A stretch of DNA of 64,000 nt, taken from positions 186,001-250,000 of the forward strand of contig NIVC01000464.1 in NCBI GenBank assembly GCA_002269645.1, read 5' to 3'. Below are positions 1 to 12,930 of the stretch, piece by piece. The translations under genes were made by a program, and so were the position numbers. A model generated the notes under the pieces. The model had not been told where the DNA came from, searched no databases, and was given only the letters and a program-made list of their open reading frames with translations. How positions within the stretch are numbered: position 1 is the stretch's first letter; each line of letters starts with the position of its first letter. This DNA comes from Macrostomum lignano (Eukaryota).

Positions 1-2051
1 ACGCCATTACCTCCAAAATTGAGAGTGCCATCCTTAGCAAACAACTCGCTTGCGGGTTGTTCGTTGACTTCGAAGGAGCATTTGACAATGTCCTCTTCCG
101 CTCCTTCAGAAATTCTCTTTCCCGCAGGAATGTAAGACACAGCATTGTTCGCTGGATTTATTTTATGATCCGCAAAAGGTTTGTGACATCCACACTTATG
201 GGCGTTACCCTCACCCGGGCGGTGATGAAAGGCGGCCCGCAAGGTGGCGTGCTAACTCCACTTCTCTGGAATCTCGTCATGGACGAACTTCTAACCGCTG
301 ACATTCCCAGCAGTATCACCAGGGCGGGCTACGCCGATGACGTTGCCGCGGTCGTCAGCGGACCCGACCCCGCCACTCTGCGCAACCTGATGCAGCAATT
401 CGCCGACAAGGCGGCCGACTGGGCTACACAGCATGGCCTAAAAATCAGCGTCACTAAGACTGTCGCTGTCGTTTTCACCAAGCGCCGTAAGTGGGAGATG
501 AAAAACCTCACTGTCTATGGCAGAAACATCCCCTTCAAGAAGGAGGTCAAATACCTCGGTGTGACGCTAACGCATGACCTGCGCTGGACGAAGCACCTTG
601 ATAACGTCATCGGTCGGGCAAAACGCTGCTTTGCCCAGCTGCGCAGAGCCATCGGGCCGACTTGGGGCCTCTCGCCTAGAACGGTCCGTTGGATTTATAC
701 CGGCATCATCCGGCCCAGTATCACATACGCGAGTCTCATCTGGACTAGCGTGCTGGAGCAGAAGGCCGCCCGTCAGCGGCTGTACAAGCTTCAGGGCAGC
801 ATTTGCCGTGCCATCACAGGTGCGTACCCGTCCACCCCTTACGAGGGGCTGAACACTATCCTTAACCTACCTCCGCTTCACCTATTTATTAGGGCGGAGG
901 CTATGAAGTCTGCCTCCCGGCTTATCAGAGATAAAACGTTAAATAACGCGCCCTCTGGCTTTATGCCAATGAAAACATTAATCCCGCATATGGACTTTGT
1001 CCGCCGCGACCTTAACAACATCCACATGGACCTGGGCAATGTGGATAGTCGACCTCCCGCCCTCAACATCAGGAGGGGCTTCAAGACCGCCATCCCTGGC
1101 CGAGACAACATTCCGCTGGATGTCGGTGTGAACCGGCGCAGCCAGGGCATTCACTGCTTCACCGACGGCTCGCTGTTCAACGGCCGCGCTGGAGCGGGTA
1201 TTGCCATTTTCCACGAGGGTAAGATGCTTCTCCAGGAAAGTCTGCACCTCGGTGAGAACACCTCAGTTTTCCAAGCTGAAATTTGCGCCATTGAGCAGTG
1301 TGCCCAGCAACTGTTTCAGGCGAACATTAATAATTTTGACATTAATTTCTACACTGATAGCCAAGCTGCTATTAAGGCCTTAACCACTGAGAATATCTCC
1401 GCTGCTACAGTATCTCAATGCCACCGCAGTGTGCAATCTCTCTCAGTCCTTAACAGGATTAGAATTATCTGGACACCTGGTCACAGCAACATCCTGGGCA
1501 ACGAGCTCGCGGACTCTCTCGCCAAGGAGGGCAGCAACCCAGACGGCAACCACCGTCTGATGAGGCTACCCACCCCCAGGTCGCAAGTCACCCGCCATAT
1601 CAACAGGTGGCTCCATCAGCAGCACCAGCTCCACTGGAACAGCTGCACCGAGTACAGGCAGAGCCGCTCTGCCATGCCTAACCTGAACAGGAAAGTCTCT
1701 GATTATCTGATTTCGCTTAACAGAACCGACCTCAGGGAGATGTGCATGGTCCTAACCGGCCACGGATTCTTCCAGAGACATATATCGTTGCAAACCGGTT
1801 GCCCTCCCACCTGTCCCTTCTGTGGCATAGGAGAGGAGACCGCGGAGCATCACGTCACCTTCTGCCCTTACTTCAACAAGGCGCGGCACAAATACCTCGG
1901 CCACCCCCAGCGGATGGACGAGCTGACCACCGCGGACAATATCCGAGACCTCCGCGCCTTCGTCCGGGACTCCGGCCGGATGAGGGTCGCCGATGCCTCC
2001 ACTGCGGACCTGCCGACTACTGGCGGGGACTGGGCGCACCCCCAAGGCTAA
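1..2051 (+). mobile_element. Non-LTR retrotransposon (LINE) pol ORF, 3' part: reverse transcriptase + RNase H + C-terminal CCHC knuckle (LOA/R1/I-group-like); runs off window start
   Basis: Open 664-aa frame with RT motifs [14 protein letters not shown] and YADD, RNase H motifs FTDGS, FQAEI, YTDSQAA and [15 protein letters not shown], and knuckle [18 protein letters not shown]. Followed by short 3' UTR and (TAAG)n tail at ~2125-2142. Confidence 0.95.
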
Positions 2052-2139
2052 TCCTTGTGCTCTTTTACCTTGGGGTTGCGATAGGGGCCTCGCGGCCTAT
2101 TCGCGGCGCCTGCGCCCCCCGTCAGTAGTAAGTAAGTAA

Positions 2140-2398
2140 GTAGGCGATTATATAGTCTTTTAGGAGAATCTGGGACACTGTTAGGCGATTATATAGAGTC
2201 TATTAGGATAATCTGAGACACTGTTAGGCGATTATATAGTCTATTAGGAGAATATTAAACACTATTAGGCGATTATATAGAGTCTATTAGTACAATCTCG
2301 GACACTATTAGGCGATTATATAGTCTATTAGGAGAATCTGGGACACTGTTAGGCGATTATATAGTCTATTAGGAGAATCTGGGACACTGTTAGGTGAT
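2140..2398. repeat. ~40-bp minisatellite (TAGGCGATTATATAGTCTATTAGGAGAATCTGGGACACTGT), ~6 copies
   Basis: Tandem copies visible directly after the LINE tail. Confidence 0.9.
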
Positions 2399-2984
2399 TA
2401 CAGTGATAACATTTTAGTATATAGGATGGTACCGTTGAAAAAAGTATAAGCCAGAAATAGGTAATTCTTCACAATAAATAAGTTTAACCAACCCCCTTGC
2501 ATTAACAGGAATGCGGAGAACAGAAAGTTGTGCCTGTCAATAATTACGAACAAAAAAACAATAACTAAAATTGGACAAAATCGGTAAAATATGTTCTCTC
2601 TATTAAACAGCAGGCAATTAGTGAATCAAACAAGGTGAGCAAGAGAAGAGACAATTTTACTATCTAAAATAGATAAATCAGGCTAGTAATTACAGTTTTT
2701 AGAGCTAATTAACACGGAAAAAACAATATGGAATGCAACTCTTACGCATCCAAACCACAAATATACCATAATAACTGAATACGTCACTTGCAATTAGTTG
2801 TAGAAAAGTAGAACCTATTTTAGGTTTCAGTAGTTTATACGCGCAGTGTCACTTGACTTTACTATGGCAGCTAAAATTGCCTTCCCTTCCTCTGTCTGGG
2901 GTTTGCGGCCTCCGGAGCATAATGGGGTTAAGATCGAACAAGCATTTAACTCGATGTGTACAAGTGAACGCAAGACGGACAAAA

Positions 2985-3190
2985 CTCAGCCTGGGGGGCA
3001 GGCCCAATCTAGCTCAGCCAATGAGAGAGCAGTAAGGAGAGAGGTCAAAGTTAGACCACAGGCCCAATCTAGCTCAGCCAATGAGAGAGCAGTAAGGAGA
3101 GAGGTCAGTGTTAGACCGATGAAACTCAGCCTAGGGGACAGGCTCAATCTAGCTCAGCCAATGAGAGAGCAATAAGGAGAGAGTTCAAAT
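2985..3190. repeat. ~60-bp tandem repeat, ~3 copies (GGCCCAATCTAGCTCAGCCAATGAGAGAGCAGTAAGGAGAGAGG...)
   Basis: Near-identical units near 3001, 3061 and ~3140. Confidence 0.85.
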
Positions 3191-4511
3191 GCAGAAACAA
3201 GCGGGCAAGAGGAAAGCCCAGCTGTTTATCGACCTTGATGGGGGCTGGGCGCCCCCTCCCCTTTTTCTCTTTTGCTCGCTATGCACACGCACTGGATTTG
3301 GCTTCTTCAAGTTTTCCTGCAATCTTCAGTCTTGAATTGATTTCTTTTTAAATAATTTTGTGTCTAAGGCTGTCGGGAGTCGGTAAAACGGAGTGACGAT
3401 GCCAATTTAATGGTTTTGCTTGTAGAAAGCCAGAGGTGATTGTTGCAGTTTTCAAAACTTTAATATCTTTAAAAGCAAGACGCTAATTTTACCTGTGAAA
3501 AAGAGTACATGAGCGCTTTGTTAAAGAGCCGCTTATCAGTATATCAGTATTCCAGTATATCAGTGATACAGAAAGGGACATTGCAAATTATTATTATAAG
3601 ATATTTATACTCCATCTGCATTATGTAATAACTAACCAAACAACAATAACATTAACAGAGGAAAACACGCATGACGCACCATGAGCAGCTCATTTAGTGC
3701 ATCTGAACTAAACAAGAACAACATAGGCAGGAAAAATTTATAGAATTTATCCAAGATTTTATATTGCAACGATAGTTTAAATATTCAAGGATCCCTTCTA
3801 GAAGGTTGCTAAATATATAGTTGTGAGTTGCACTACCGCAAGTCCAGGAGGAAATCAGTAAATAACAATACCGCTGGCTCCTGAGCACACACGCTCACAC
3901 AGTGTGTACAGTGGCCCTTTGACTCTCTAATCATCGGACACGTGCACTCTCTAAAGGGGACTAAAGTCAGACACGTTAAATACTTTACAATTAACAAGAG
4001 TTTGAGTCGATGCTTGAATAGCCTACTCACAGCCTATCAGCAAATTCAAAGCGCAAATATTGCGACAATTGTATAAAACAGAAAGCCTCAAAAATGCACG
4101 CAGATTTAAAGATAAAAGAGCTCGGAACCCCAGAAACAATAGGCCAAGACATGCAGTAAATACCGGTTAACAAGTTTTACACTGTACCATGATTTTGCCA
4201 GTTCAGAAAGAAAAAAAAACCGAAAATACAGACTCCCCTAGAGGCAAGATTTGTATACTATAATAACAAGAACCACTGATTGGTAAGAGAATGCGTAAGA
4301 TTACCTGACATTCAATACAATGTTAATTTTCTGTTGACTCCTAAGCACATACAAGCGCGCCAAGACCATTTTGTCTGTAGCAGGTTAAGCAGAATTGACC
4401 GTGGTTAGTCACTATTTTATCTTAACTTAACTGAAGCCTTCAAAAAACTGTGCTTTTAGCTCCCTAGCTGCTAGTGGTTCTTGAAATATAATATTCAAAA
4501 CACAAATCTCC

Positions 4512-5729
4512 CTAGCAACAGGACCAGCCACTGCCAAGTGACCGGCTATTAAGGTGAATTGCTGAAGTGTCGCCCTGACCGCCGGAGATGCCGCCATCGT
4601 GTCGGCGTTTCAGTTCAGCGGCCAACGTCTCGAATAGCTGATCAATATTGGAGTTCTCCTTGGCCGAGGTCTCCAAGCAGGTCAGCATGGCCATCTTGGC
4701 CGCGAAATCAACTCCGTCAGTCACTCGAACTTCGCGCAGGTGTTCTAAATCTTTCTTGCACCCGATTAAAATCTGGCACACGCCGGAGCCGGCGTACCGA
4801 CTGACGTCATCAATCCACGTGGTAAGGGAGTCGAATGATTCCTGGAAATAAGGTTAAGTGATGAGTGATGGCTGATGAGGTGATGGCTGATGAGGTGATA
4901 GCTGAGGGAGCGATAGCTGTGATGGCTGAGGGGTGATTGCTGAGGAGGTGATGGCTGATGAGGTGATGGCTGAGGAGGTGATGGCTGATGAGGTGATGGC
5001 TGAGGAGGTGATGGCTGATGAGGTGATGGCTGATGAGGTGATGGCTGAGGGGTGATGGCTGATGAGGTGATGGCTGAGGGGGTGATAGCTGACGGGTGAT
5101 GGCTGACGGGTGATGGCTGAGTGGTGATGGCTGAAGGGTGATGGCTGAGTGGTGATGGCTGAGGAGGTGATAGCTAAGAGGGTGATAGCTGAGGGGGTGA
5201 TCGCTGAGGTGATGGCTGAGGGGGTGATGGCTGATGAGGTGATAGCTGAGGGGGTGATGGCTGAGGAGGTGATAGCTAAGAGGGTGATAGCTGAGGGGGT
5301 GATGGCTGAGGTGATAGCTAAGAGGGTGATAGCTGAGGGGGTGATGGCTGAGGTGATGGCTGGTGGGTGATATCTGAGGTGAGGGCTGAGGGGATGATGG
5401 GTGAGAAGGGACAATATTGATAGCAAACAACAAATTAGACATACCCGCTTGGTAATATCGTAAGCCAGTATGACAGCATTGGCGGATCTGTAATAGGACT
5501 GAGTGATAGTCCTGAACCTCTCTTGTCCAGCAGTGTCCCATACTTGCAGTTTAATCCTGGCACCATCAACAACCAGAGTCTTCATAGTGAAATCTACGCC
5601 AATAGTGCTGCTTTGCTTTTCTAGAAAATTTCCAGATTTGAAGCGTTGAACAACGCAGGACTTGCCAACACCGGCGTCGCCAATTAGCACTATTTTAAAT
5701 AGAAAGTCAAACTGCTCGTCAGCCTCCAT
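4512..5729 (-). CDS. RAB43: Rab43/Rab19-family small GTPase, 2 coding exons (5729-5445, 4841-4512), 204 aa
   Basis: GDAGVGKS P-loop, [11 protein letters not shown] switch [27 protein letters not shown]-terminal CC prenylation motif. GTATGT donor and TTTCCAG acceptor join in phase 0. Confidence 0.9.
4860..5400. repeat. Degenerate (GGTGATGGCTGA[G])n minisatellite filling the Rab intron
   Basis: Visible 12-15 nt tandem units; source of the spurious His/Pro and SAIT ORFs. Confidence 0.9.
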
Positions 5730-7506
5730 AACAGATTGTCGCCGAGCTGAAATAAGTTGTAAATTAAGACATGGAAATTCAGTACCTGCTAGGCCTGGTT
5801 ACATCAGGGGTTAGCAAACATTTTACCTCAAGATCCAAACAAATAATCTAGCTCATGACTTTGAGCCAGATCAGAGATGAGAAGAGGGGAATAGACACGA
5901 AAGAGGGGGAGATAGATGAGAGATGAAAAGAGAGGTATAAGGAAAGAAAGGAGAAGAGAGAGCTAATAAGAGATAGAAGCCTTCCACTTGTGTAGGCTGG
6001 ATTGCAAAAATAGTGAAGTTTTAAAGGACTTAAAAGGTCAGATAGAGACTTTGAAGCTGCAGTTTGTTGAACCTTAGCTTATATGCTACTTTATAGCAAC
6101 CTTGATTGAGTTATAAGAAATGTACAAAAATAGAAGTTGCTTTACTAATCCCTTGGCTTTATAGACAATCATAGTATAAAAGAAATTTTACATCATCAAA
6201 TATATTGATGAATGTTAATCTTAGCATTTTGATATATTTAGGTAATAGAAATTTATAATCTAAATGGGCATAAAATGATATGGCTTGGAATATTTATTTC
6301 TAATATAGTCTTTGACTATTAGCTAGGTAGGTAGACTCAGTCAATGGTTAGTCAATATAGGGCAGATGCAATAGACTCATAACTAAAGTAATCATGCAAC
6401 TCAATTATCTATCTGGCAGCCAACCTATATATACTAGCATAACCATTGTTTATTTTTTGCTTATTCACTTATTTATTAGTTGAAAATTAACAATTTATCT
6501 ATTGAAATGTATCAATATTTTTATTAAATCAATTATATAGTATTAAATATTAAAATAAATTGAAACCATGAAATTCTACACAATAATAATTAAATGCTCT
6601 AAAAACAAAATATTGCCCAACTAGATAATAATATATCTAAATATGAGCTTTTCTTTTATTTTCTTGTTTAATTTTTTTTGTAGTCAAAGTTTTATCAATA
6701 TTTCTTATATGAATATGAATTTTCATGAATTTTATGAATATATGAATTTTCAGGTTTAACATTAGTATACATAGTTGGTATACAAAAAGCTAAGTTCAGG
6801 CTTAGTGTATATAATAAGACAAATTATTTTTAGTATATAATATAGATTTGAAGTTAAGTATAATATAGAGTTTATAGTTGAATATCAACCAAAGAAAGCT
6901 CCTTTATAAAGATAGGAAACAAAACTAGAAATAATAATGCTATGCTAATTAGATGGAAAACCAACCAAAGTAAAACAAAGAATCATAGTTTTCAGCAAAA
7001 AATTGACATTTTAAATTTTCGTAAAATTATTTTACTTGTAGGTCAGACTCACTCGGCGTATAGAGGGACATAGAGTACACCATTGGCGTACAACTTGGCA
7101 TACAGGAGCCAGGTGTGCCTCTTGGCAGGTTGGCATATAGAGATCACCAAGACAGCAGGTGGTGAGATAGGACCAAAGTTCCAAGTCCCAATCAATTTAC
7201 ACAGTTAGCATACAAAATGATTAAGTTTGGTGTAGTCTCCATGTACATAGTTATAGCAGCTAAATTTTGATTAAAAAGAATAGCTCCCAGTTCCTAGTCA
7301 TTTTGTCATCTGCCATTTTGTCATCTGGGTATCTGGCTGGGGTGCTCACCTCAACTATGGTCACTTTGTCATTTTAATTAACATGCACTACCTGAAGAGT
7401 CATTTTGTCATCTACCAATCATATTAGTTCCAACTTCAAGTGAATTAATGTGGCAATCAAACATATTTACTTGGAATCCTAATGATCCCAGTCATTTTGT
7501 CATCTC

Positions 7507-7690
7507 CAAGGGCATAGCCAAGGGGGGGTCATGGGGGTCATGACCCCCCCCCCTAGCCAGCTGATCAAGGCCAAAATTTCAGGCCTCCTCCCCCATTGCA
7601 GAGGCCTAGCACCCCCTGCCCCCAGTTGCCGCTATGAGCCTGTGACTGACTGTGACCCCCCCCCAGAAGGAAATCCTGGCTATGCTACTG
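7507..7690. mobile_element. hAT-type MITE (184 bp)
   Basis: Imperfect TIRs CAAGGGCATAGCCA / TGGCTATGCTACTG, flanked by 8-bp direct repeat GTCATCTC (7499-7506 and 7691-7698). Confidence 0.75.
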
Positions 7691-8787
7691 GTCATCTCAA
7701 TTGATAAAACCTGTCAATCGATCGGTTCTACTTGCCATAGCTTATAGTTATTAAACAAAAAATAGTTTACATTAACTCGAATTACACACAGATTGATTGG
7801 TTGATGACGAAGTATCCAGCATAACTGCATATTTTGTTACTTCGTCATATTATTTTTCAAGCTACTTTGCTTCTGGTCACTTCATCATCCAATGGCAATA
7901 TGACTAAATGGAATATGACAATCTGACCAGTGACCTAGCTCCCAGCCCTTTTGAAAAATGGAAAACTTAATTTATAATTGGAATCTAGTCATAGAAATAA
8001 AATGATGGGTGAGATGGGATTTAGTACAATAGTAGTATGGTAAAATTTTTAGCATCCTATATACTAAAAATAAGCCTAAAATCATAAAAAATTATATTGG
8101 ATAGCATTACATGTAAAAGAATAATCTAATACACAAGGCTATTAGGAAATCAAGATATTCAATACTGACAATCAATGCATGTACAGTAAAAGTAAGTAAG
8201 TAGTAGTAGTAGTAAATTTAGCTTAGGCTTAAGGAGCCTGTTTTGCCAGTATAATCCGATGTATATAGTATTTGTTCAAAACAAAAGGTTAAATTTTTAC
8301 ACGAGTTACGATACGAGTTACAATATTTGTAAAAGTAAGGTATTTGAAAGAGCGTCTAGAATTTTTTAAAACGGTTTTCCAGCCGATTAACGAGTAACGA
8401 AGGAATAACAAGATTTGAAACAAGTATAGCGGCAACGTTTCAAATTTAAAGTTTCGTCATTGTTTCTAAGAATAATTAGAAAGTCAAAAAATATTCAATA
8501 TTAATATTTAGACTAACAAGTTACCTACTGCGACATCAAATTTTAGATTATAAATAACATAAGATAGTCTCTGAGAAAATTTTGCGTAAATATTATAAGG
8601 ACACAAAGGCATTTGTTTATTCTTGTATCACTAAAGTTACTTTTACTAGCACAAATTCAAGTTCGTTTAATTCTTTAGATATTTGAAAGCACTTTTTGTT
8701 CACTTTTGACGCTTGCTATAGAAGCTTTTTAAAGCTGTTTAATCATTTATTTTGAGTATATGATAATACGATAACCACAACCTCACA

Positions 8788-11700
8788 ATGGAAGCGTCAG
8801 CAAAAGCGAATATTTCAAAAATAGCGGAAGCTCTACATTCACAAACAAACTGTGAGTAACAATGCGAAAAAGATATAGAGTTGCAGTGGTCCCCTACTAA
8901 AACATGCAGGGGTCATTGACATTTCACGTAAAAATCAGAAAGCCGCAGAAATCAGATTGATCTTTCCCACTTCCCACGCAGCCAGACTGGCTTTCTGCTC
9001 GCTCGGACTACTTATTAAGTAGACGTAGATATAAATTACACTTAATTAGGTCAAGTCCGTTGGCTCATGTAGGTCTATGATGTCACACATCATTAATTTA
9101 GAAGGGAAAGCATGATACAAATTAAATTGGTACGAGCAGGAGTATCAAAAGCAGTACATCTCAGTCATTAGTAACGAGAGATCGCTGAAATTCCGCAGTT
9201 ACTTTATTTTCAATCATGTCTGACCATCTGACGATTCAGTTTTGTAAAAAATTAAGTGCCTACAATTTCAGTTACAAAAAAGGAATGCGAGCACCTCTTG
9301 CACATGTACAAAGACATTACTGGCGGTGCAGATGATGCTAAACTAGACCGAAATAAGTTCAAGGACATCTTGCACAATTCGTTCGGCATGACAGACGATT
9401 TGATGATGGACCAAGGTAATAAACTTTTTTTAGAATTGATATATTTTTTCAAAAATCATAATATATCAGACATTTACACGCGAAAATGATGCTTCAGTAT
9501 TTCGAGCCTTCGACACAGACTCCGACTCCAACATCAGTCAGGAAGAGTGGCTCAAAGGCATTTCAACGTTTCTCAGAGGCACATTGGAAGAGAAAACCAG
9601 TTGTACGTAAGAATTCCGCTTTTAGCCATGCAGTATGAGGTTATGATTACAAGTTCCCAGGATTTGCACCTAGCTATTTTGCCCCCCAATCATAACAAAT
9701 TGACTATTTCTCGCGGTTTCAGTTGCATTCCGAGCGTACGATCTCAACTCGGATGGAGTCATCAGCAGGGACGAGATGTTTCAGCTGCTGAAGTCAACTC
9801 TGATTAGGGTGAGTAGCTATATTTAAACGATTTTGGGTTTCAATTGTCGTCTGAATGGTAAATAATGTTTCTACGAACTGTTATGTTGAACATATTTAAA
9901 TGCTTCTATCTACCCGAGATAACATCTTTAAACTTAGCGCAATAATCAACTTCAGCAAGAAGACGATCAGATATAGCTATTTATAAAATTGGCTCTGATT
10001 TTTTCACCCTGTGTTATTACCAAATCTATTCCTGTCGAAAGCCTAAATTACGATTTGCAATTTATAAATTTATACAATTATATTAACAAATCCTACCAAA
10101 CCCACCTTAGGGAAGCCTGGACTACGTAAGTGCTGTCTCGTATTTGCTAGATAAAGTTCCACACTTGCTGTAATTTTTTATGGTTCAACACACACGTCAT
10201 ACGCATGTCTGAATGCAGCAATTGCAAGATGTGAACAATTAGCACAATTTTGATAATAAATTAAACTTGCACTTGGAATCTCGTTTTCTTAGAAGTTTCA
10301 TTCAATTCAATCCAGTTGTACTGCGCCTATGGCCTACTAATGATTTATTGTATTTGCTATGGGTCACTTTTTTTGGCATTAAATTCCTAGACTCGTGAAA
10401 AATACTAATTATCATCGGCTATATTAGTCATTTTAATCGGCATGTTTGCTTGATAAAGTACTTTCCTTGCGCAATATGCTCCTGATATGAACGCGTTATG
10501 GACCTGAACATCGGCTGTTTAAACTGCAAAGTTAAATTCATTGAACTTGCACAAAAATAGCAAAAATTCACTTCCTGTCACAAAAAAAATTAAGAACTTC
10601 TTTTCAAATTGTTGCTAATGTTTCGAATAAATTTGAAGCAGATTCAGAATTCCATGTATGGTTTTAGACTGGAAACTTAAAGCAGAAATACCTGTTTAAA
10701 CAGTGTATTAAAACAATAACAAACTTTAAATTTCAGCAACCCGTGGAAGAGGATCCCGACGAGGGTGTCAGGGACCTGGTGGAGATTGTCTTCAAAAAGT
10801 TTGTGAGTAATTTTAGTAACGGAGCAAACAAATAATAACAATAATTTTTATTAAAACTTAAGTCAGAAGTCACATTCTAAAGCGACAATTTTCATTTGAC
10901 GTTAGCGTAATTAATTGCGACTTCGTAGATGGGCGGAATCTACGTATTTATTAAACAGATATATCCTTTATCTGTTTAGTAAACTTTAATGATATTGTAA
11001 ATAATTCAAAGGAAATTTGACTAATCAAAATTATGTAAGTCCATACAAGCACTCCTTTCTTTAGAGAAGACCTGTCTTTGAATTTTGTGACGTCTTTGAA
11101 TTGCGCGGTCTTTTTACCATAGACATTCTCAGTGAATCATGAAACCGCCCATCACGCCCCCTAATTGCAAGATTTAAAAAAAATTATTTAGGAAATTTTG
11201 CATTTAATTCAAGACCCTGCCAACCATGGATGAACCTGGAATAACATGGATTGCTTATCTTAAACTTGGAATTGTCTATGGTCTAAGCCGCGTATGGGGA
11301 GAGCATTGAATTTAATGCTCTGCCTTTGCCTGTCCCATTGACCATAGACGGTGTTTGACCATAGACGGTGTTTTGACCATAGACGGTGTTTTGACCATAG
11401 ACAAGATTTTAAGTTGGCCATAGATGGTGTTTTGACCATAGACGGTGTTTTGACCATAGACAGTGTTTTGACCATAGACAGTGTTTTGACCATAGACAAG
11501 TTTTAAGTTGGCCATAGATGGTGTTTTGACCATAGACGGTGTTTTGACCATAGACGGTGTTTTGACCATAGACGGTGTTTTGACCATAGACGGTGTTTTG
11601 ACCATAGACGGTGTTTTGACCATAGACGCGGTGTTTTGACCATAGACGGTGTTTTGACCATAGACGGTGCATGTAGGTAGATGAAAGTAATATGATTGGT

Positions 11701-12161
11701 AGTGGCCTTAAATGCCTTAAATGAATGCTCAAATTCTTAAATATATAAAGAAGCTTTCCACAGTGTCGGTCTATATTCAATAGCTGGTATTTTGGCCATA
11801 GACGTGTTCCAACATCAGCTTCAAACACAATTCATGCATTCAACCCGCAGGACACGCAGAAGAAGGGTACCATTGACTATGCCCAGTTCAAGAGCAGCGT
11901 TGTTGATGAGCCACTCCTGTTGCAGGCTCTCGGTGCCTGCCTGCCGGACGAAAAGGTTTGAAAGGCTTAATATACTCCAGCATGACTACTTGACTGGGCG
12001 AACTCCAGTAGTCTAGACTGTTAACGCATTATGCCCATTGTTACACGCTCGAATCTACATGTACCGCATTGCAGAGCGCAGACGCATTCTTGTGCACATT
12101 CGAGGAGGTCCACGTTCCAACGACGATCTCCTACATTCGCACGGGCGGTGGAAGGCAATAA
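8788..12161 (+). CDS. EFCAB1: Calaxin (EF-hand Ca2+ sensor of ciliary outer dynein arm), 7 exons: 8788-8851, 9272-9415, 9498-9602, 9723-9808, 10737-10802, 11851-11955, 12075-12161
   Basis: Spliced product contains [84 protein letters not shown] and [14 protein letters not shown], typical of calaxin. All introns GT-AG and phases consistent. Confidence 0.9.
11338..11668. repeat. 18-bp minisatellite (GACCATAGACGGTGTTTT)n in calaxin intron 5
   Basis: About 17 visible tandem units; source of the spurious MVKTPS ORFs. Confidence 0.9.
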
Positions 12162-12930
12162 CTAAAAAAGCGGATATGCCGTTTCAACCAATATAAAATG
12201 AGCAATCCAATGTCATGGACTCTAAAATTGATCGAATTTCCTCTGTTTACCTTATTGAATCACTCGAGTACGTGAATTCTCCTGCAATAGATTTTCCTCT
12301 GAGCACTTTTATGAGTGTGAACTTTGACAAATTATAGAAACAATATGTATTTTAGATGTATACATCGCTTTGGACTGCTTTATAATTAAATATTTTCCAA
12401 AAGCCAATCAGTAGGCATTGATAAATTATTGTTTTTCTCGATACTGATTTGCGGATATCAGTTTACTTTCTTCTTTGTTGTTCGATACGTATCAGTTTAA
12501 ACATGCATTTTGAGGGAGTTATTTGTTTAAATCATGAGGGCCTGAGGCCCGAGGGATTTATGAAAATAACTCCCGAAAAAGGCATGTGTAATCTCGTATA
12601 AACCATAGACATAAAGACTTTACGGGATATTATTGAATATTACCAAATAAAATCCCGGAGAACGCAAATATTGTCACGGAAAGTCTTTATTTCTATGGAT
12701 TATAGATGTATTCAGTATACCAGCCGTATGTACTTTTATCGGGACAATAAAGTCCAACATGTCTATGGCTATACGAGCTATCGAGAAACAGGATGAACTA
12801 TTTAATGATTACAATGAAAGTGTATAAATAAGTACTCGCAATTTAATGCAATATACGTTACGCTATCAAACTAAAGACTTCAATATTGATCGAACTGAAC
12901 ACTGCCCAATCAAGCGGTAGCTTAGCCACA

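Noticed and set aside
4810-5541. His/Pro-rich 243-aa ORF
   Set aside because: Alternative frame of the Rab intron minisatellite
11260-11828. MVKTPS and HRLWSK repeat ORFs
   Set aside because: Translations of the 18-bp array
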